The notes under the pieces: model-generated
The model's database searches: none
What the model was told of the DNA's origin: nothing
Seen by the model: only the letters and a program-made list of their open reading frames with translations
Position numbers and translations under genes: made by a program
In this document: one piece after another, positions 12,815 through 26,541 of the stretch
Layout: each line of letters starts with the position of its first letter
Position numbering within the stretch: position 1 is the stretch's first letter
DNA from: Ginglymostoma cirratum
Taxonomy: Eukaryota
DNA: 64,000 nt
NCBI GenBank assembly: GCA_024137785.1
Contig: JAHRHZ010000025.1
Location: 22,670,921 to 22,734,920 of the forward strand
Reading direction: 5' to 3'

Positions 12815-13190
12815 TTGGCAAAGATCTGTAGCTCAGGTTGCGGGTGAGGTTGTTGACTTGCTCGCCGAGCTGGCTTGTTTTTGTTCAGACGTTTCATCAC
12901 CATGCTAGGTGACATCATCAGTGGAGCCTCTGATGAAGCAATGTTGTTCTACTCTGCTTGGAATTTATACTGTCCGGTCCATTACAGTGAGTAGTGCCAT
13001 TTCCAGTTTTGACCTGTATGGGTTTGTATATAGGGTCCAATTCTGTATGTTTGTTGATTGAAGTATGGGTGGAGAACCATGCCTCTAGGAATTCCCATGT
13101 GTGTCTATGTTTGGCTTGGGCTACTATGGTTACCTTGACTCAGTTAAACTGATGGCCTTCATTGCCTGAATGTACAGATATTAAGGGGAT
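12815..13190 (-). mobile_element. Penelope-like element 3' fragment (GIY-YIG C-terminus plus terminus)
   Basis: Minus strand reads EFLEAWFST...INK...ELDPIY, typical of the end of Penelope ORFs, followed by a hammerhead-bearing terminus. Confidence 0.75.
12884..12925 (-). ncRNA. Minimal type I hammerhead ribozyme motif
   Basis: Minus strand UCCA-CUGAUGA-U-GUCACC-uagcau-GGUGAU-GAAAC-GUC-UGAA: intact core boxes, 6-bp stem II and a GUC cleavage triplet. Confidence 0.7.
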
Positions 13191-14699
13191 TGTTAAAATG
13201 GGATACTTGATTGAAAATTTAAGATGGCCAAATAAAAGTTATCTTTCCATTGCACTAATAATTCACTGATTTACCTGGTGTTCAAAATACTCTGTCCATG
13301 TTGCGCTGTAAGATAACCAAAGTCCAAGCATCCTGAAGAACATCAACCAAAATAACACAAGAATGACATTGAATACCTGAGAGGGAGGCAGTCATATTCA
13401 GAGCAACATAGCATGGTGGAAGTGAAATAAGAGTCTGTGTACGAAAGAGAACATCATAACTCTATGCTTTAATTTGGTTTAAGTTTAGTAGAAAATAACC
13501 CAAACTGCTTTAATAGCGACATTGCCTCTATTCATTTTTCAGGAGACCAGTGTCCATGAGCTTGTTCCTTTCTTTCCCACATTTGATCTGTAGACCCAGA
13601 TGAGTCAGTTACCAGGATAAGAATACTTAATTTAATAATGTAAACACTGAGAGCCAACTCACAATGTCTCATGGGTTCTGAAATAAACCAGCCCATGTCT
13701 CTTAGTAATCACTTAATACTTCATTGTGAACTTAGGTCATTTTTTTTTCAATCTCTTTGCATTATTAAATTTGCATTTAATATATATCTGCTCAATCCAT
13801 CAGTGATCTAAATCTTTTTGCTTTTTTAATCTTAATCTCTTTAGCCAATCTAACCAAGCAGTAGATGATTTGTAACACAATGCTTCCAGGGTTATGTCTC
13901 AATCAGTTCCACATATGTACACAAAGACCAATTAATGAGTTGAGCAGCTAATTCATTAAAGAAAGACTGTCATCATTAACAAAAATTATTCTCGTTGGTT
14001 TGCAAGTACACAACACTGTCACTTTTACGTCATTGCATGTAATGTTATCAGAATAAAATGACAATTAGTTCTCCGTAAACACAAACCAACAGAAAGAAAT
14101 TTATCGTGAATTCGTGGCAATGCAAGCATTGCTCCTTAACACATAATCAATGCAGTAAATGAATAAATCATTAAATAGCTGCTTATTGTAATGGATTTTC
14201 TATTTCCACAAACCTTGTGTTATGAATGATTTACCTAACATTCACTTCTGATTTGAAACGTCTGCTACGCATTGTTGCGAAGTTGCATGTGTAATCCACC
14301 ACAGGTAAAAGGTTATATAACTATGGAAGGTTTAAAATTAGGATTAAAATCAGAAACTCATGTCTTTAACAATTAAGAAAAAAAATTGCTAAATTCAAAT
14401 TAGTGTTTGAGTTTAATCCTAGAAAGATTTATGACACAGAAGAAAGCCAATTATCTGAAGGCCCAAATTTTCCCATTTTCATTTAATATATTTTGTCGAG
14501 TAAGATTCATGGTATTTACTCCGACAAGACTTGGAACAACTTTCTTACTCTTCTGCTTTTCATCTCATTTAATTATACAGCTGGGTTCCTGAGCACATTC
14601 CTTAGAGAACTGGTCAGCTAGAGAGGTGGCATAGTCACCGTAGATGCTGCAAGCAAGGAACTGACCTTGACATTGTGGTACTCAAGCTCTAACATTCAG

Positions 14700-15250
14700 C
14701 ATATGCCCCAGAGGAGAGGAGACCTCACTCCTAGTTTTACAGACAGGGACTTGGAGGTGTTGGTGAATGGATGGTGGAGAGGAGGCCTGCTCTTTCTCTT
14801 GCTACATTGTAAAGAAAGCCATGCCACTAAACTAAGGCATCTGGACAGATATTGCAGCTTGTCAACGCTGTGTCCTGGGTGAAGCAGGATGCCCTGGTGC
14901 TGACCTTCTACGCTCACCAGAGCTAAGTGCAACAATCTTTTCTCTGCTACCTCACACACACAGGGCTGCTACAGACTCTAACTCTCCACTCCATACCTGT
15001 CTCACTTAATTCATGGGCCACAACTAATTATGCCCACTCTTACCCACCATATCCTGTCAGAACTATTATTCCTTCCCGCCCACTAAACATCCTACTTACT
15101 CACTGACACAACCTTACCATCTCACCATGTCTCATAGTCATGTATCATCACTAACTGCTCTTCTATCCATATCATACTCAATTCCTCTCTTTGTCTCATT
15201 GCATGAAAAACCAGCCCAATTCCAGACTGATGTCTCCAGAGCCCCCTAAC
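14700..15250 (+). mobile_element. PIF/Harbinger remnant (Myb/SANT-like ORF fragment)
   Basis: MPQRRGDLTPSFTDRDLEVLVNG resembles the P.F.D.DLE.L start of Harbinger Myb/SANT proteins; then frameshifted. Limits approximate. Confidence 0.55.
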
Positions 15251-16329
15251 TAATGTACCATAATCCCTGGACTGGCTGCTTTTAACTTGTAAGACTTATC
15301 ATGGCCAATTCCTGGAATGGAAGATAATGAACCTCTTGTTAGACAATCCATTGACAATCTGTTGTTCCGCTCTGGCCCATTAGAGAAATTGCTCCCTTTG
15401 ACTTTTACACTTGAACATTTGCTTGTAGCTGTTTCAGCTTGTTCACCGCAGAAATTGTTGATACATGTTGCAGGTCTGATACTGACATAACACGGAACCA
15501 AAGAGCAACAGGTCCACTCCCTCGACTGTTGAATGCTCCCTACTGTGGCAAGCTGCCTATCTCTTCCTCCATGCTAAAAAAAATGTCAGTCACAGAGGCT
15601 GGCTGCCTGCGAGTGTTCACTAATGACCTTGACAGAAAGCAATGCGACCTACACAGAGGCTGACACTCCGTAAGTCAGTGCTGAAGTCAGTGAGCATGTC
15701 TTAAGAAAGTGATATGCAGAAGACAGGAGCTGGCAGCCTCCAATAAGTGGTAAAGTGAATGAGCACTAAGAAAGCGAGCAGATGTATCATATGTGTTTCT
15801 GTGTCCCTGAGCATAAAGCAACCTTGCAGAAACGTACGTTTTCCTGTGTTTCAGAGGAAACTGTTGAAGGGCTGAAGTGAAGTGTGAGTTGGTCTGAGAG
15901 CTGATCATGGTCATGTAGGTGGAGCTGGTGGTTTGCTGATACTAACTAATGTGAACAAAGCAGCAAGGACAATGAACACCATGGAGCATGTAGGAAAACG
16001 GTATTGAGGACACAGTTGGATGATGATCAGGACAAGCATTTGACAAGCTGCGACTCCCAGTTACGTGCTCCAATTTGCATACTGGGAATTCACACCATTT
16101 CATTTCTTAGTGAAGGGGAGGAGAATTGTATGTGGCTTGAACTAAGGCAAATTGAGGCTTTAATGAGATGCACAGATAGAAGGGACTCACTGTTCCATGG
16201 TGAGATCCTGAACGCATCATTCAAAACTTGAGGGGAAAATCTTCCTCAAAGTCAAGAATTTTAATTTTAAATACAACCCATTTTTCCCACCTTTGCTCTT
16301 GCCACACCAGGGAGGGGAAAATTCCACCC

Positions 16330-18150
16330 AATGTATCTGTGATGGCTGAAAAATATCAATCTAGTCTAATCTCACATTCCAGGTCTCAGTCCATAGTGCA
16401 AGTGTAATTTAAGTGCATTTCCTGAAATGTAATGAGGGTTTCTGCCTCTACCATTTCTCCAGGCAGTGAGCTGCAGTTCGTTACTACACCCTGGTTGAAA
16501 ATGTTACTGTAAACTGCCTTTTCATTTTTCTATAAGTAACTTTAAGGTTACATCTCCCTTGGTTATGGATTTCTCTGCTATTGAAGGCAGTTCCTTCCTA
16601 GCTGCTCTAATGAGGTCCTTTATAATTCAGTACACCTCAACTAAATCTCCCTACACCTATTCTGTTTCAAAGAGAACAAAATCAGCTTTTCTAAGGTTTT
16701 GTCGTAGCTAATATTTGGAATTTCTGGCAATATTCTTGATCTCTTCCATATTGTCTCTCATGTGATCACATCCTTCCTGTAATATGGAGACCAAGACAAT
16801 TTACAGTACTCTACCTGCAGTCTGACTAAGATTTTAGACAATCTAGCATGAGCTCCCTGCTCTTGTACTTTAGATCATTGCCATTAAAGGGAAATATCCA
16901 CATGTTTTCTCGACCACTGTATCTCATATCCTGGTCCTGCTTCCTTCAAGGATCAGTAGACATATACTCCAAACCCTTCTCTTTCTCCATATTTCTCAGA
17001 ATCTTAGAATTTATAGCATGATCTCTACTTTTAAAAATATGTCCCTTCTAAATGCTCTATCTAGGTCCTTCACAGGATGTCAGTTATCTCAGTTGGCTGG
17101 ATGGCTGGTTTGTGCCGCAGAGTGACTCTAACAACGTGGGTTCTGTCATATGGGTCCTTGTCAAAAGCCCTATTAAAATCCATGTATCAAGCACAATACT
17201 GTCATCAATCTTCCTCACAAAATTTTATCCAGTTAGTCAGGCATGACTTTCATTTAACAAATTCATGCCGATGATCCCTATTTAATTCATATCTGTCTAA
17301 ATGATGATTTGTATTATGTCTTGGTACTTTTTCCAATAATTTGCCCACCATTAAAATTAACTATTTAGGACATTTCTCTTTCTATTTTAAACAATACAAA
17401 ATTAGCAATCCTCTGATCCTCTTACATCACACTTGTAGCTGAAGAAGACTGGAAAGTGATGGACAGAGCCTCCATTATTTCTTCCCCTGTTTCCCTTAGC
17501 AGCTTTTGAAATAATTCATCTGGGTCTCTTGATTTATCTAATTTCAAGGCTGCTAAACAGTTGATATTTTCTCCTTCACTATGGTTATCCTGGCTAATAT
17601 TTTACTCTCCTCTTATTTAACCTTAACATCTGCTTCACCCTCACTGTAATATTCATTAAGAATCATACCCATGTTTTCCATCTCTTCACATTGTCATTTT
17701 GGTCTCCAATTGGTTTTACTTTTTCATTAGTTATCCTTCTGCAATTTGTGCACTCTTAACACATCATTGAGTTTTCCTTGATTCTATCTGCCAATATTTT
17801 TTGCTTTCTTAGTTTCCTGTTAAATATCATCTCTACGCTTCCTATACCCCTCTAGTTTTTCTGCAATGTCAAGCACTAAACTTTCCTTTTCTTTGCCTTA
17901 TCCTATTCTCTGTGCTCTGTGATAACCAGGAGGTCTAAATGAAAGAGCCTCATTTTTTCAATTTCAGAGAACAATTTTGTTCTGAATACTCTTAAGCTTC
18001 TCCTTGCATAATACTGCTCTGACAATAATTTACCCTCAACTAGTGTTTCCTATTCACATTTGCTAAATGACATATCAGCTTAGTAAAATTAGCCATTTCC
18101 CAATTTAAAATTTTTTCTCTATATTTTCCACAAGTATTATAAATCTAATT
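16330..18150 (-). mobile_element. Old degraded CR1-type LINE
   Basis: Pyrimidine-rich antisense LINE signatures (gcctctaccatt...ggcagtgag, cacatccttcctgtaatatggagaccaaga, tttgcccaccatt). No intact ORF; limits approximate. Confidence 0.55.
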
Positions 18151-18224
18151 AAATTATGTTCACAACTTTTCCTAGTATCCCTTTCACTTGGTTGGGCCTC
18201 TAAAATCTACAAGTCGATTTGTAA

Positions 18225-18680
18225 AGGATTTAAAGGGATGATACTAGAACAGGGAGGTTATAACTAATGCAGAAGACTGATCCCGTCAGGGATTATTTTC
18301 TCCAGAATAGGGAAGGTTAACGTGTGAAATAAAGACTTCGAAATTATGAAGGGCTTCAACAGGATAAACATTGACTTGTGAAGGAGTCAAAAACTGGGAT
18401 TGTAAATATAAAATAGTTGCTAATAAATCCAGTAAGGAATTCAAAAGAAACATATTCATCCAGGGAGTGATTAGAATGTGGAATGTGCTGCCAAATAATG
18501 TAGATGCATAAGCTAGGAAGTTAGATAAGCACATGAGGAAAAAGAGAACAGAAGGGTGTGCTGGAAGAGTTGGACAAAATAGGGTGGGAAGAAAATTTTC
18601 ATGTGGAACATAAAGGCCGACATAGATAAGTTGGCCCAAATGACCTATTTGTGCGCTGTAAGTCCAATGTAAAATAAATC
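18225..18680 (+). mobile_element. CR1 LINE 3' fragment
   Basis: Degenerate ORF2 end (aggaattcaaaagaaacatattcatccagggagtgattagaatgtggaa) and tail ttggcccaaatgacctatttgtgcgctgtaa. Confidence 0.7.
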
Positions 18681-20109
18681 TGCACAAAGTTGCATTGGAA
18701 ATTAAATATACTATGCTGTAATATTATTACTTCAATTGAGAAGAGTATGTTGAATAAAGTTGGCACAGTAGCTGTTTCATGTCATGTTTTAAGTTACTGC
18801 GGTGGCCTTGCTGAAACATAATGTTTCAATTTAATGAAATGTAACCCATGATTTCTTTCCATGATCATGAACTTGTTAATTTTTTTTTAAGGAAAGTGAC
18901 GAAAACAGGCCAATGTTTTATCCCACATTAAGGACTTAATGAACCCACATACTGGACATGTGGCAAGGCTACAGCAGAAGCTGAGTCAAAAACAGGCCAA
19001 AACTCTGCAACAATCCAATAAGAAACCAGAAGGAACATGTTCTCAAAAAGTTATGGCAACAAAGAAATAATTAAATTGTGAACCTAGACACAAAACTGAC
19101 ACAATAGAACTCAGCTCGGTGTCCAAAAACTGACTTAACTGTGACCTTTTCAACTGGATATTATGGCATTTTCTTAAAATGTGATTTTAATATTATATTA
19201 CATGATTATTACAGCTAATGCAAATTGGTCACAATATACCCTTGTTGTCAGGGTTTCCATTTTCTAAACAGAGTCAATAGTAGAAAATCTTTCACTTGTC
19301 TGACAGTTTACAATAAGGCTGACCACACATGTGGAATACTTTCCAGTCCACTGTGACATATTATGACATACAGTTAAACCCGACAGCATCACAAGACGGT
19401 TAATTTGCTTGTCACTATCATGTTTGAAAAACAGATCAAGTCTGTGACTTTCTGTAAAAACATTCTGTCTCTGTTCTCAAAGCACTGATAAGCACAAATG
19501 ACAGAGTGTCTGTACTGTGTCTAATGATAAAAGTGTCTGTATTGCTTCATGTATCACAGGGAAAATACATTACTCTAACTCAAGCAAAAGGTAACAAAGG
19601 ATTACGTTAACTCTTTGAACACTGGATCTCCTGCCTGTTTTTTAGAGCTACATCTGTATTGGCTTTATGAACTATTTCATGTTAGGAAATTAATAAGAGG
19701 AATCTTTGGCAGAAAGGTTCAGCAACTCAGCAGAAATGAGATCTCCATGGCTAAATAGTGGCTCCTGGGGGTTTTGGATTTGACAGCTACAGACACAGGA
19801 ATTAAAAGCCAAAACATCTAGCATCAGCAACAGTGAAAAAATGCCGGACAATATTACATAAGCAGATTTGAAAGAAAGATTTGCTGTTATATCATGTTTT
19901 GTCTTTCAGAAACTTCCCAAGCTACTTGCACATTTTGAAGTGAAGGGACCACTGTGTAGGCACAAGCTGTGCAATGGCAAGATCCCACAGACAGCAATTA
20001 AAATGAATCATCATCTAACAGGAAATAGAATTCAGAATCATATGTTAGGAATGAAAAAAATACATGAATTGTAAATAAATTCTTACAGTTTTTCAATCTG
20101 TCAACTTTT

Positions 20110-20450
20110 TAAATCATTCAATCAACCAGATGCTCCATATCTTGACTTTCAAAAGACATTTGATAAAGTGCTTCACTAAGGACGGATGAAGAATGGGGGA
20201 ATTCATGGAATTAGGGAGAAGCAGTGAATCAAATTAAAACATTCTGGATAATTTGTAACAGAGTTTAATTATTGTTGGGTACTGCTTGAGTTGGGGAGTG
20301 CCACTTAGTGGCTTCAGTCCCTGGATCTTGACTGTTCCCAGTGTTCATAACTGACCTAGAGAAAGGGAGTTAAAGCATCATATCCAAGATTGCTAGTAGC
20401 ATAAGTCTGTGTGGGAGGCATGTTTGTACTGAATGCAGATACTATTCAAA
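20110..20450 (+). mobile_element. CR1 RT fragment
   Basis: tatcttgactttcaaaagacatttgataaagtg = YLDFQK(A)FDKV; ttggggagtgccac = GVP motif. Confidence 0.7.
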
Positions 20451-22469
20451 AATACAGAGAATCAGGCTCTTTGGACTTTATGGCAAGTGATATTTTAGAT
20501 GAATTAATGGAGGTGATACGAATAGGTGTAATATGTATTAATTCTGACTACAAGATGAATGATTGCTGTAAAAGGTGGAACAAAGGATCTAAAGACCTGT
20601 CTTTGGCATTGACTCTGTACGATGAGGTGCTGATTAGTAAAAGACACTGAGATTACAGTCCTTTCACATGCCAGATGCTTGGAGTTTGTGTCCAAGGACA
20701 CTGCATCAGTTCACTGTAATTTTTCACAAAAATGTGAATGAAGAATAGGAGGAAATATGAAGTTGTTTTTTTAAAGTAGCAAGAGGAGTAGATAAAGAGT
20801 AGCCTTGTAAAATCTCATAGCAGCATTCAAAGCACAGACAAAAGATTGATTTTACAGATCTCAAACTTAGTACACTGTGCTTGGCTGGTTTTTTGGTTTG
20901 AACAAATTGTACTACTGTACTTTCTATGAATGAAATGGGTGCAATTCAAAACTGCCAACAAAACAAAAGGAAGTTGATTATTAAACTCAACAGACAACTA
21001 CACAACAACTAGAACAATTATATTACCAAGCACCAAAACATTAGAACCAGAAAAAATGTGTTATTTCTGGGTGTTTTGATCTTCAGCGCAATGCATTCAA
21101 AGCATATTTTAACAAAAACAGCACCAATCATCATATTTGATTGAATGAAATTTCATTTAAACCCAATGTGCTTCATTAAGGTCAAACAATCAAATCAAGA
21201 ACATCTTTAGTTCTTCAACAGGAAATGATATTGTTGGATCAGGTAGCATATCCTTACCACCAATTTTAAACTCCTCTCTTGCCATTGTATCTAGCTGAAC
21301 TAAAATGTTCATAACTTTGACTTCCTATTTGACTGAGCTGAACTTTGGATATTTTATGGTCTCCATCACATAGACTATTTACTTCCATAACAGTACTTAT
21401 CTCTGGCTCTGCCTCCTACCATCTACCTCAGAAATCCTCGATGTGTTTGTCATTTCCAGCCATGGTTATTCCAAGCTTTCCTGAACTACTCATCTGCATG
21501 CATGATAAACTTCCGTCCATGCCAATCTCTCATGGCGAATCCTATCCTGCACTAAGCCTTGTTCAGATGTTACTGCCATTTTTGTTAACTTACATTGACT
21601 TCAAGACACACAGTTGCTCCAATTTAAAATTTTCACCATTGTATTTAAACTTCATCCTCATCTCTGTAAATTTAACCCAAACAGACAGTCCTCACCTCAA
21701 AATCTATGTACCACTTGTACCATTTTGGTCATTACAAACATTTTGCAGGAACCTGGCAGTTGTGCCATTAGCTGCCAAACAGTCACATTCTGGATTATCC
21801 ACATAATGCCTTGTACCCCTTCACCTCCTTCATGTCTTTTCTGAACCCTCCCTATGGTTATCCTCTTTAGACCAAGTTTATTGTCATCCTTTTGAATCTC
21901 TCCTTTTAAAGCTTGGTGCTTATTTAGCTCTGATTCCATCACACACTAGAAACCATGTTATGGAAATATTGTTGATACGTCAATCACCTTTTGAAAGACA
22001 ATTCCAGACTGTGGACTGAGACAATCTAAGGAAAACTGATGGGGTGGCAACTCACTGTATAATTAAATATATTATATGTGGCGCCCATTTTTCTCCTATG
22101 TATTAATTACTGAATTTTGATTAAATTTTTCTGCTATTTATCTTAATTTGTACAGTCAATGCCATTGTGTCAACTGTGTATAGGTATTCAATAATAACCA
22201 GTGTTTGAAAATCTGATGATTGATAACTGAGATGATTGTGATGTAGAATAGTACAACAATAGGTACAGATTTACAGATGCTTATATAGATTTACACCAAG
22301 AATCAATGGGGAAAGTGATTGGTTTGCAGGAGCCAAGCCTTAGACACAAACAATTAATCAACTGCTGAGCTGAGTAGATTTATTTTATTTGTTCAGGGGA
22401 TGTGGATATTGCTGGCTAGGCCAGCATTTATTGTCCATCCCTAATTATCATGGAGAAGTTTCGGCTAGT

Positions 22470-23018
22470 TTTGGGCTATTGCGAGCAATTCTGGCCTCCC
22501 TCCTACAGGAAGGATGTTGTGAAACTAGAAAGTGTTAAAAAAAGATTAACAAGAATTTTGCCAGGGTTGTAGGGTTCAGCTATAGGGAGAGGAGGAATAG
22601 GCTGGGGCTATTTTCCCGGGAGCGTCAGAGGCTGAGGGATGATCTTATTGAGGTTTATAAAATAATGAGGGGCATGGCTATTGTAAATAGACAAGGTCTT
22701 TTCCCTGGGGTGGGGGAGTCCAAAACTAGAGGGCATAGGTTTAAGGTGAGAGGGGAAAGATATAAAAGGGACCAGAGGGGCAACTTTTTCATGCTGAGGG
22801 TGGTGCGTGTATGGAATGAGCTGCAAGAGGAAGTGGTGAAGGTTGGTACAATTACAACATTTAAAAGGCATCTGCATGGGTATATGAATAGGAAGGGTTT
22901 AGAGACATATGGTCCAAATGCTGGCAAATGGAACTAGATCTATATAGGGTATCTGGTGGGTGTGGACAAGCTAGATGGAAGAGTCTGTTTCTGTGCTGTA
23001 TATCTCTATGACTCTATA
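22470..23018 (+). mobile_element. Relatively young CR1 LINE 3' end inserted in an older repeat
   Basis: ORF 22665-22937 (KTRGHRFKV...RGNFF..RVVRVWNEL...TFKRHL) is the CR1 ORF2 C-terminus; tail ctctatgactctata. Confidence 0.92.
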
Positions 23019-24148
23019 ACTAAGGTGGCGGAGAATTGGGGTATTGGGACAGACACAGTACTGTTAAGAAAGGTCATTCCAGGTCTTTAATCCAGGTACA
23101 CTGAAGAAACAATGATATTGTTCCAAGTCAGAACGGTGTGTGGCAGACGTTGGCATTCTCATGCATATACTGCTCTTGACCTACTAGTAGCAGGTATTGC
23201 GTGTTTGGAAGATGCTGTCGGAGGAGTCGTGGTAAGTTTCTGCAGTACATCTTGTCAAAGTTTCAGATTGTTGCCACTGTGCTTCACGGTGAACAGAGGT
23301 GGTAAATGGGATGCCAGTCAAGCGGGCTCCTTTGTCCTGAATGTCATCAAGATTTTTGACTGTTGTTGGGACTGCTTTCATTCAGGCAAGTACAGGAATA
23401 TCCACTAAATAAATGTAATCCAGCTACTTTAAAGTGAAATTTAGTTTGTTTTGTTTTTGCTTACCATGGAGGTCAGTCAGGGAACATATTCAAAAGAGGC
23501 TGCCAAATTACTTCTCACAACTGAACATTAATGTGTATTACGTAAAAGAAAATACAAACTATACCACTCAAGACAAAAGCTATGACAAATATCAGAAAAG
23601 AAGGTTCATCCATTTTATCTCAGCAAGAGTCTTAAAGGCACTCATAATTTAAGTGAAGAGTCACTCCTGTCTCTGAATGAAGTATACGGTTCCATTTGGG
23701 CAAATTTCTCTGCATACATTTGGTACTATTTCTTCAGCCTATGACTCTCCACAAGATCCTAAAAACAAGTTGTTAATCCAACTTCACTTATTGCTTAGCA
23801 CAGATTCCCTAAACTTACATTTCCAACAACACTGTAGGATATGTTCCTCTCTGATATCCTCCCAGCCTTCTGCTTCTGGAACTTTCCCTGAAGACTTCTC
23901 CCTAAACCTGACTGCTTGGAACTGCTTTTGCTCCCTCCTTCCTCATTCTCATAAAACTCAAATTAGCAAACACTTTAGCAATTATCTCCCCAGGTGGCTT
24001 GCCAGCCACACAGCTAAAATCATGTGACTTCTTGACTTGAACTTACTGGTCAAAAAAACATTCTGACCTTTATAAAAACACCAGAGGACCTTCATGTGGT
24101 GCAGTGGTAGTGTCCTTACCTCTGGACCAAGAGGTCCAGGTTCCAGTC

Positions 24149-24463
24149 TGCAACGACTAAAAACAGCAAAATAACCTCTATATACTCTACCCTCCCATCA
24201 CATGGCACATAAAAGTTTTCTTCATTCTTTCATTAGTCACTTCAGACAAACTTGTCCTATGCTTCTTTCCATTACCTGCTGTGCCTTTTTTAATAGGATC
24301 CGTTTGAATAGAATTGAAGCAGAGGCATGTCAATAAATGGTCATTGCTGCAAAAGCAGAATCACCTTGTTTTCTGTATAAGCAACTGATAACACGTCTGT
24401 TCCTTCATAGTAAAAGTGCTCCTGAAATCTCCACACCAAATTCGAGAAAACTCATCAGTTTAC
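24149..24463 (+). repeat. 315-bp direct duplicate of 26227-26541 (derived copy, inside a SINE)
   Basis: Near-identical sequence from tgcaa.gactaaa to ctcatcagtttac in both copies, same length. Confidence 0.95.
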
Positions 24464-26226
24464 TCCAAAAGTGCGTAATAACATCTCTGAACAGGCTGAT
24501 TGGGACAATAGATTCAATTAAAAATTTATAAGCATACCAGACTTTCATAGAACTGAAAAATAACATCAACTTTTCTCATCACAGTCAAACCTAAGTTCAG
24601 AGATAACAATACTAACTCATAAGCTACCATCACAAGTGGGATGGATTGGAGTGATAGTGTTACATCATGCCAGGTTCAGATAGGGTCAGTCACTCAGCTG
24701 GTTTCTGTGTTATTCCTAAACCCGTGCATTTATAAATGTGTTTATATATTAGAAAATAATGAAAATTCATAGAAAAAAAGGCAAGGTGTGATATCATGTG
24801 GTTTCCACTTTTATCAATTTGATTCAAACTTTTAAATACAAAACCTGACCATATCTACAGAAATGTCAGTGATTCTTTACGGTTATATTAAATAATATGA
24901 TGTGCCAGGTAGTGATCCGTTGGAAATTGTCAGAAAGGTCTTGATCTCACGTAATTGCCAATGAGTGACTGAAGTTTACAAATCTATCTACTTCTCCATT
25001 TTAATTGTATTCAAACAACACATAACATCATTCAATACAGGCAAAGATTATAAAAACATTGTTTACATCCTGAACTAAAATAAATCTAATGAATAGCTGT
25101 CTTTCTCGAAAAGAGTGTTCAAGATCTGCTTATCTTTCATGTGCCTATCATCAACTTACATAACAACCATGATTCCATTTCAATAATATTCCATTGACTA
25201 TAAGCCCTTTGGGATGTGCTGAGGCCATTATAGCTGTATAATAACTGCTAGTCTTTAATGATACCGTTTTCAACCGAAGACCAGTAATAATTTGGAGTAA
25301 TGAATGTACTCCAAGAATGTGGATTGCTCTCTAGAAAAAATGCATCAGATTAAAATAAAATTCAGATAGAATTTTTATCAATAATGCCAATTTCTCATTT
25401 AATACAAGCTGTCAGTGTGCTGACTCTCAAGCTTGTGTGACATGCAGACTTAATGAAAATGAGGTTATCATAGACCAGATTCTTTGTCTGTATTGCATTA
25501 TCTTTTGCACCAGCATTACAATATGTGCATGTTGGAAAAGGAAGGGAAAATAAGCCAAGATTCCCACTTGTGCACTCTGTGATCTGTACCTTGACAGAAA
25601 ATATCTGTCATCTTTAGGCAGCCACTTCCCATGAATGATAATATCTGATCTATAACCACAGCTGGAACAAATTGTGAAAGGAAAATACAGAAACTGCAAC
25701 TTTCCCCTATTTACCAAGAAAAGTAAGCAAAATGAATCATGTCTCGCAAGATATCATGAACAATGACTTTTATTCTGAAATACTTCAAAACACCTAAGTT
25801 CTGTGCATAAATCAAACAAAATTCCAGAATATGCTTTATAACTTACAAAGCTCATTGCTGGCTATTGCCTTCCCTGTACAGTCCCAAGATATCAACGTTC
25901 CACAAAACTCTATCTGTATTTATCCTTCCAAGTTTCAGTCTCATACATAGTCAAGTATTAAATCAGTTTTCTTTTAAAACTTTAATTTATATGGTAATAG
26001 TCAATCTTGCAATCAGCTCATCGGAGTACTTCCACAGTTCGGTGAATTATTCCATCCTTGCTTTGAGAAAATTCTTGTTCAGCTAAACTATTTTAAATCA
26101 TTCAATCATAAGCCACTGAGGGACTGTATATGAAGTCAAATCTCATCACCAGTGCATTTAATTGGTGTTCAGTAGTAAGAACAGAACATATGCATCATTT
26201 CAATCACTGCCTTGAATTCAGTTTTT

Positions 26227-26541
26227 TGCAAGGACTAAAGACAATAAAATACTCTCTACATACTCCACCCTCCCATCACATGGCACATAAAAGTATTCTT
26301 CATTCTTTCATTCGTCACTTTAGACAAACTTGTCCTATGCTTCTTTCCATTACCTGCTGTGCCTCTTTTAATAGGATCCGTTTGAATTGAATGGAAGCAG
26401 AGGCATGTCAATAAATGGTCATTGCTGCAAAAGCAGAATCACCTTGTTTTCTGTATCAGCAACTGATAACACGACTCTTCCTTCGTAGTAAAAGTGCTCC
26501 TGAAATCTCCACACCAAATTCGAGAAAACTCATCAGTTTAC
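26227..26541 (+). repeat. Source copy of the 315-bp duplication
   Basis: Same sequence as 24149-24463 but with non-SINE flanks. Confidence 0.95.
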
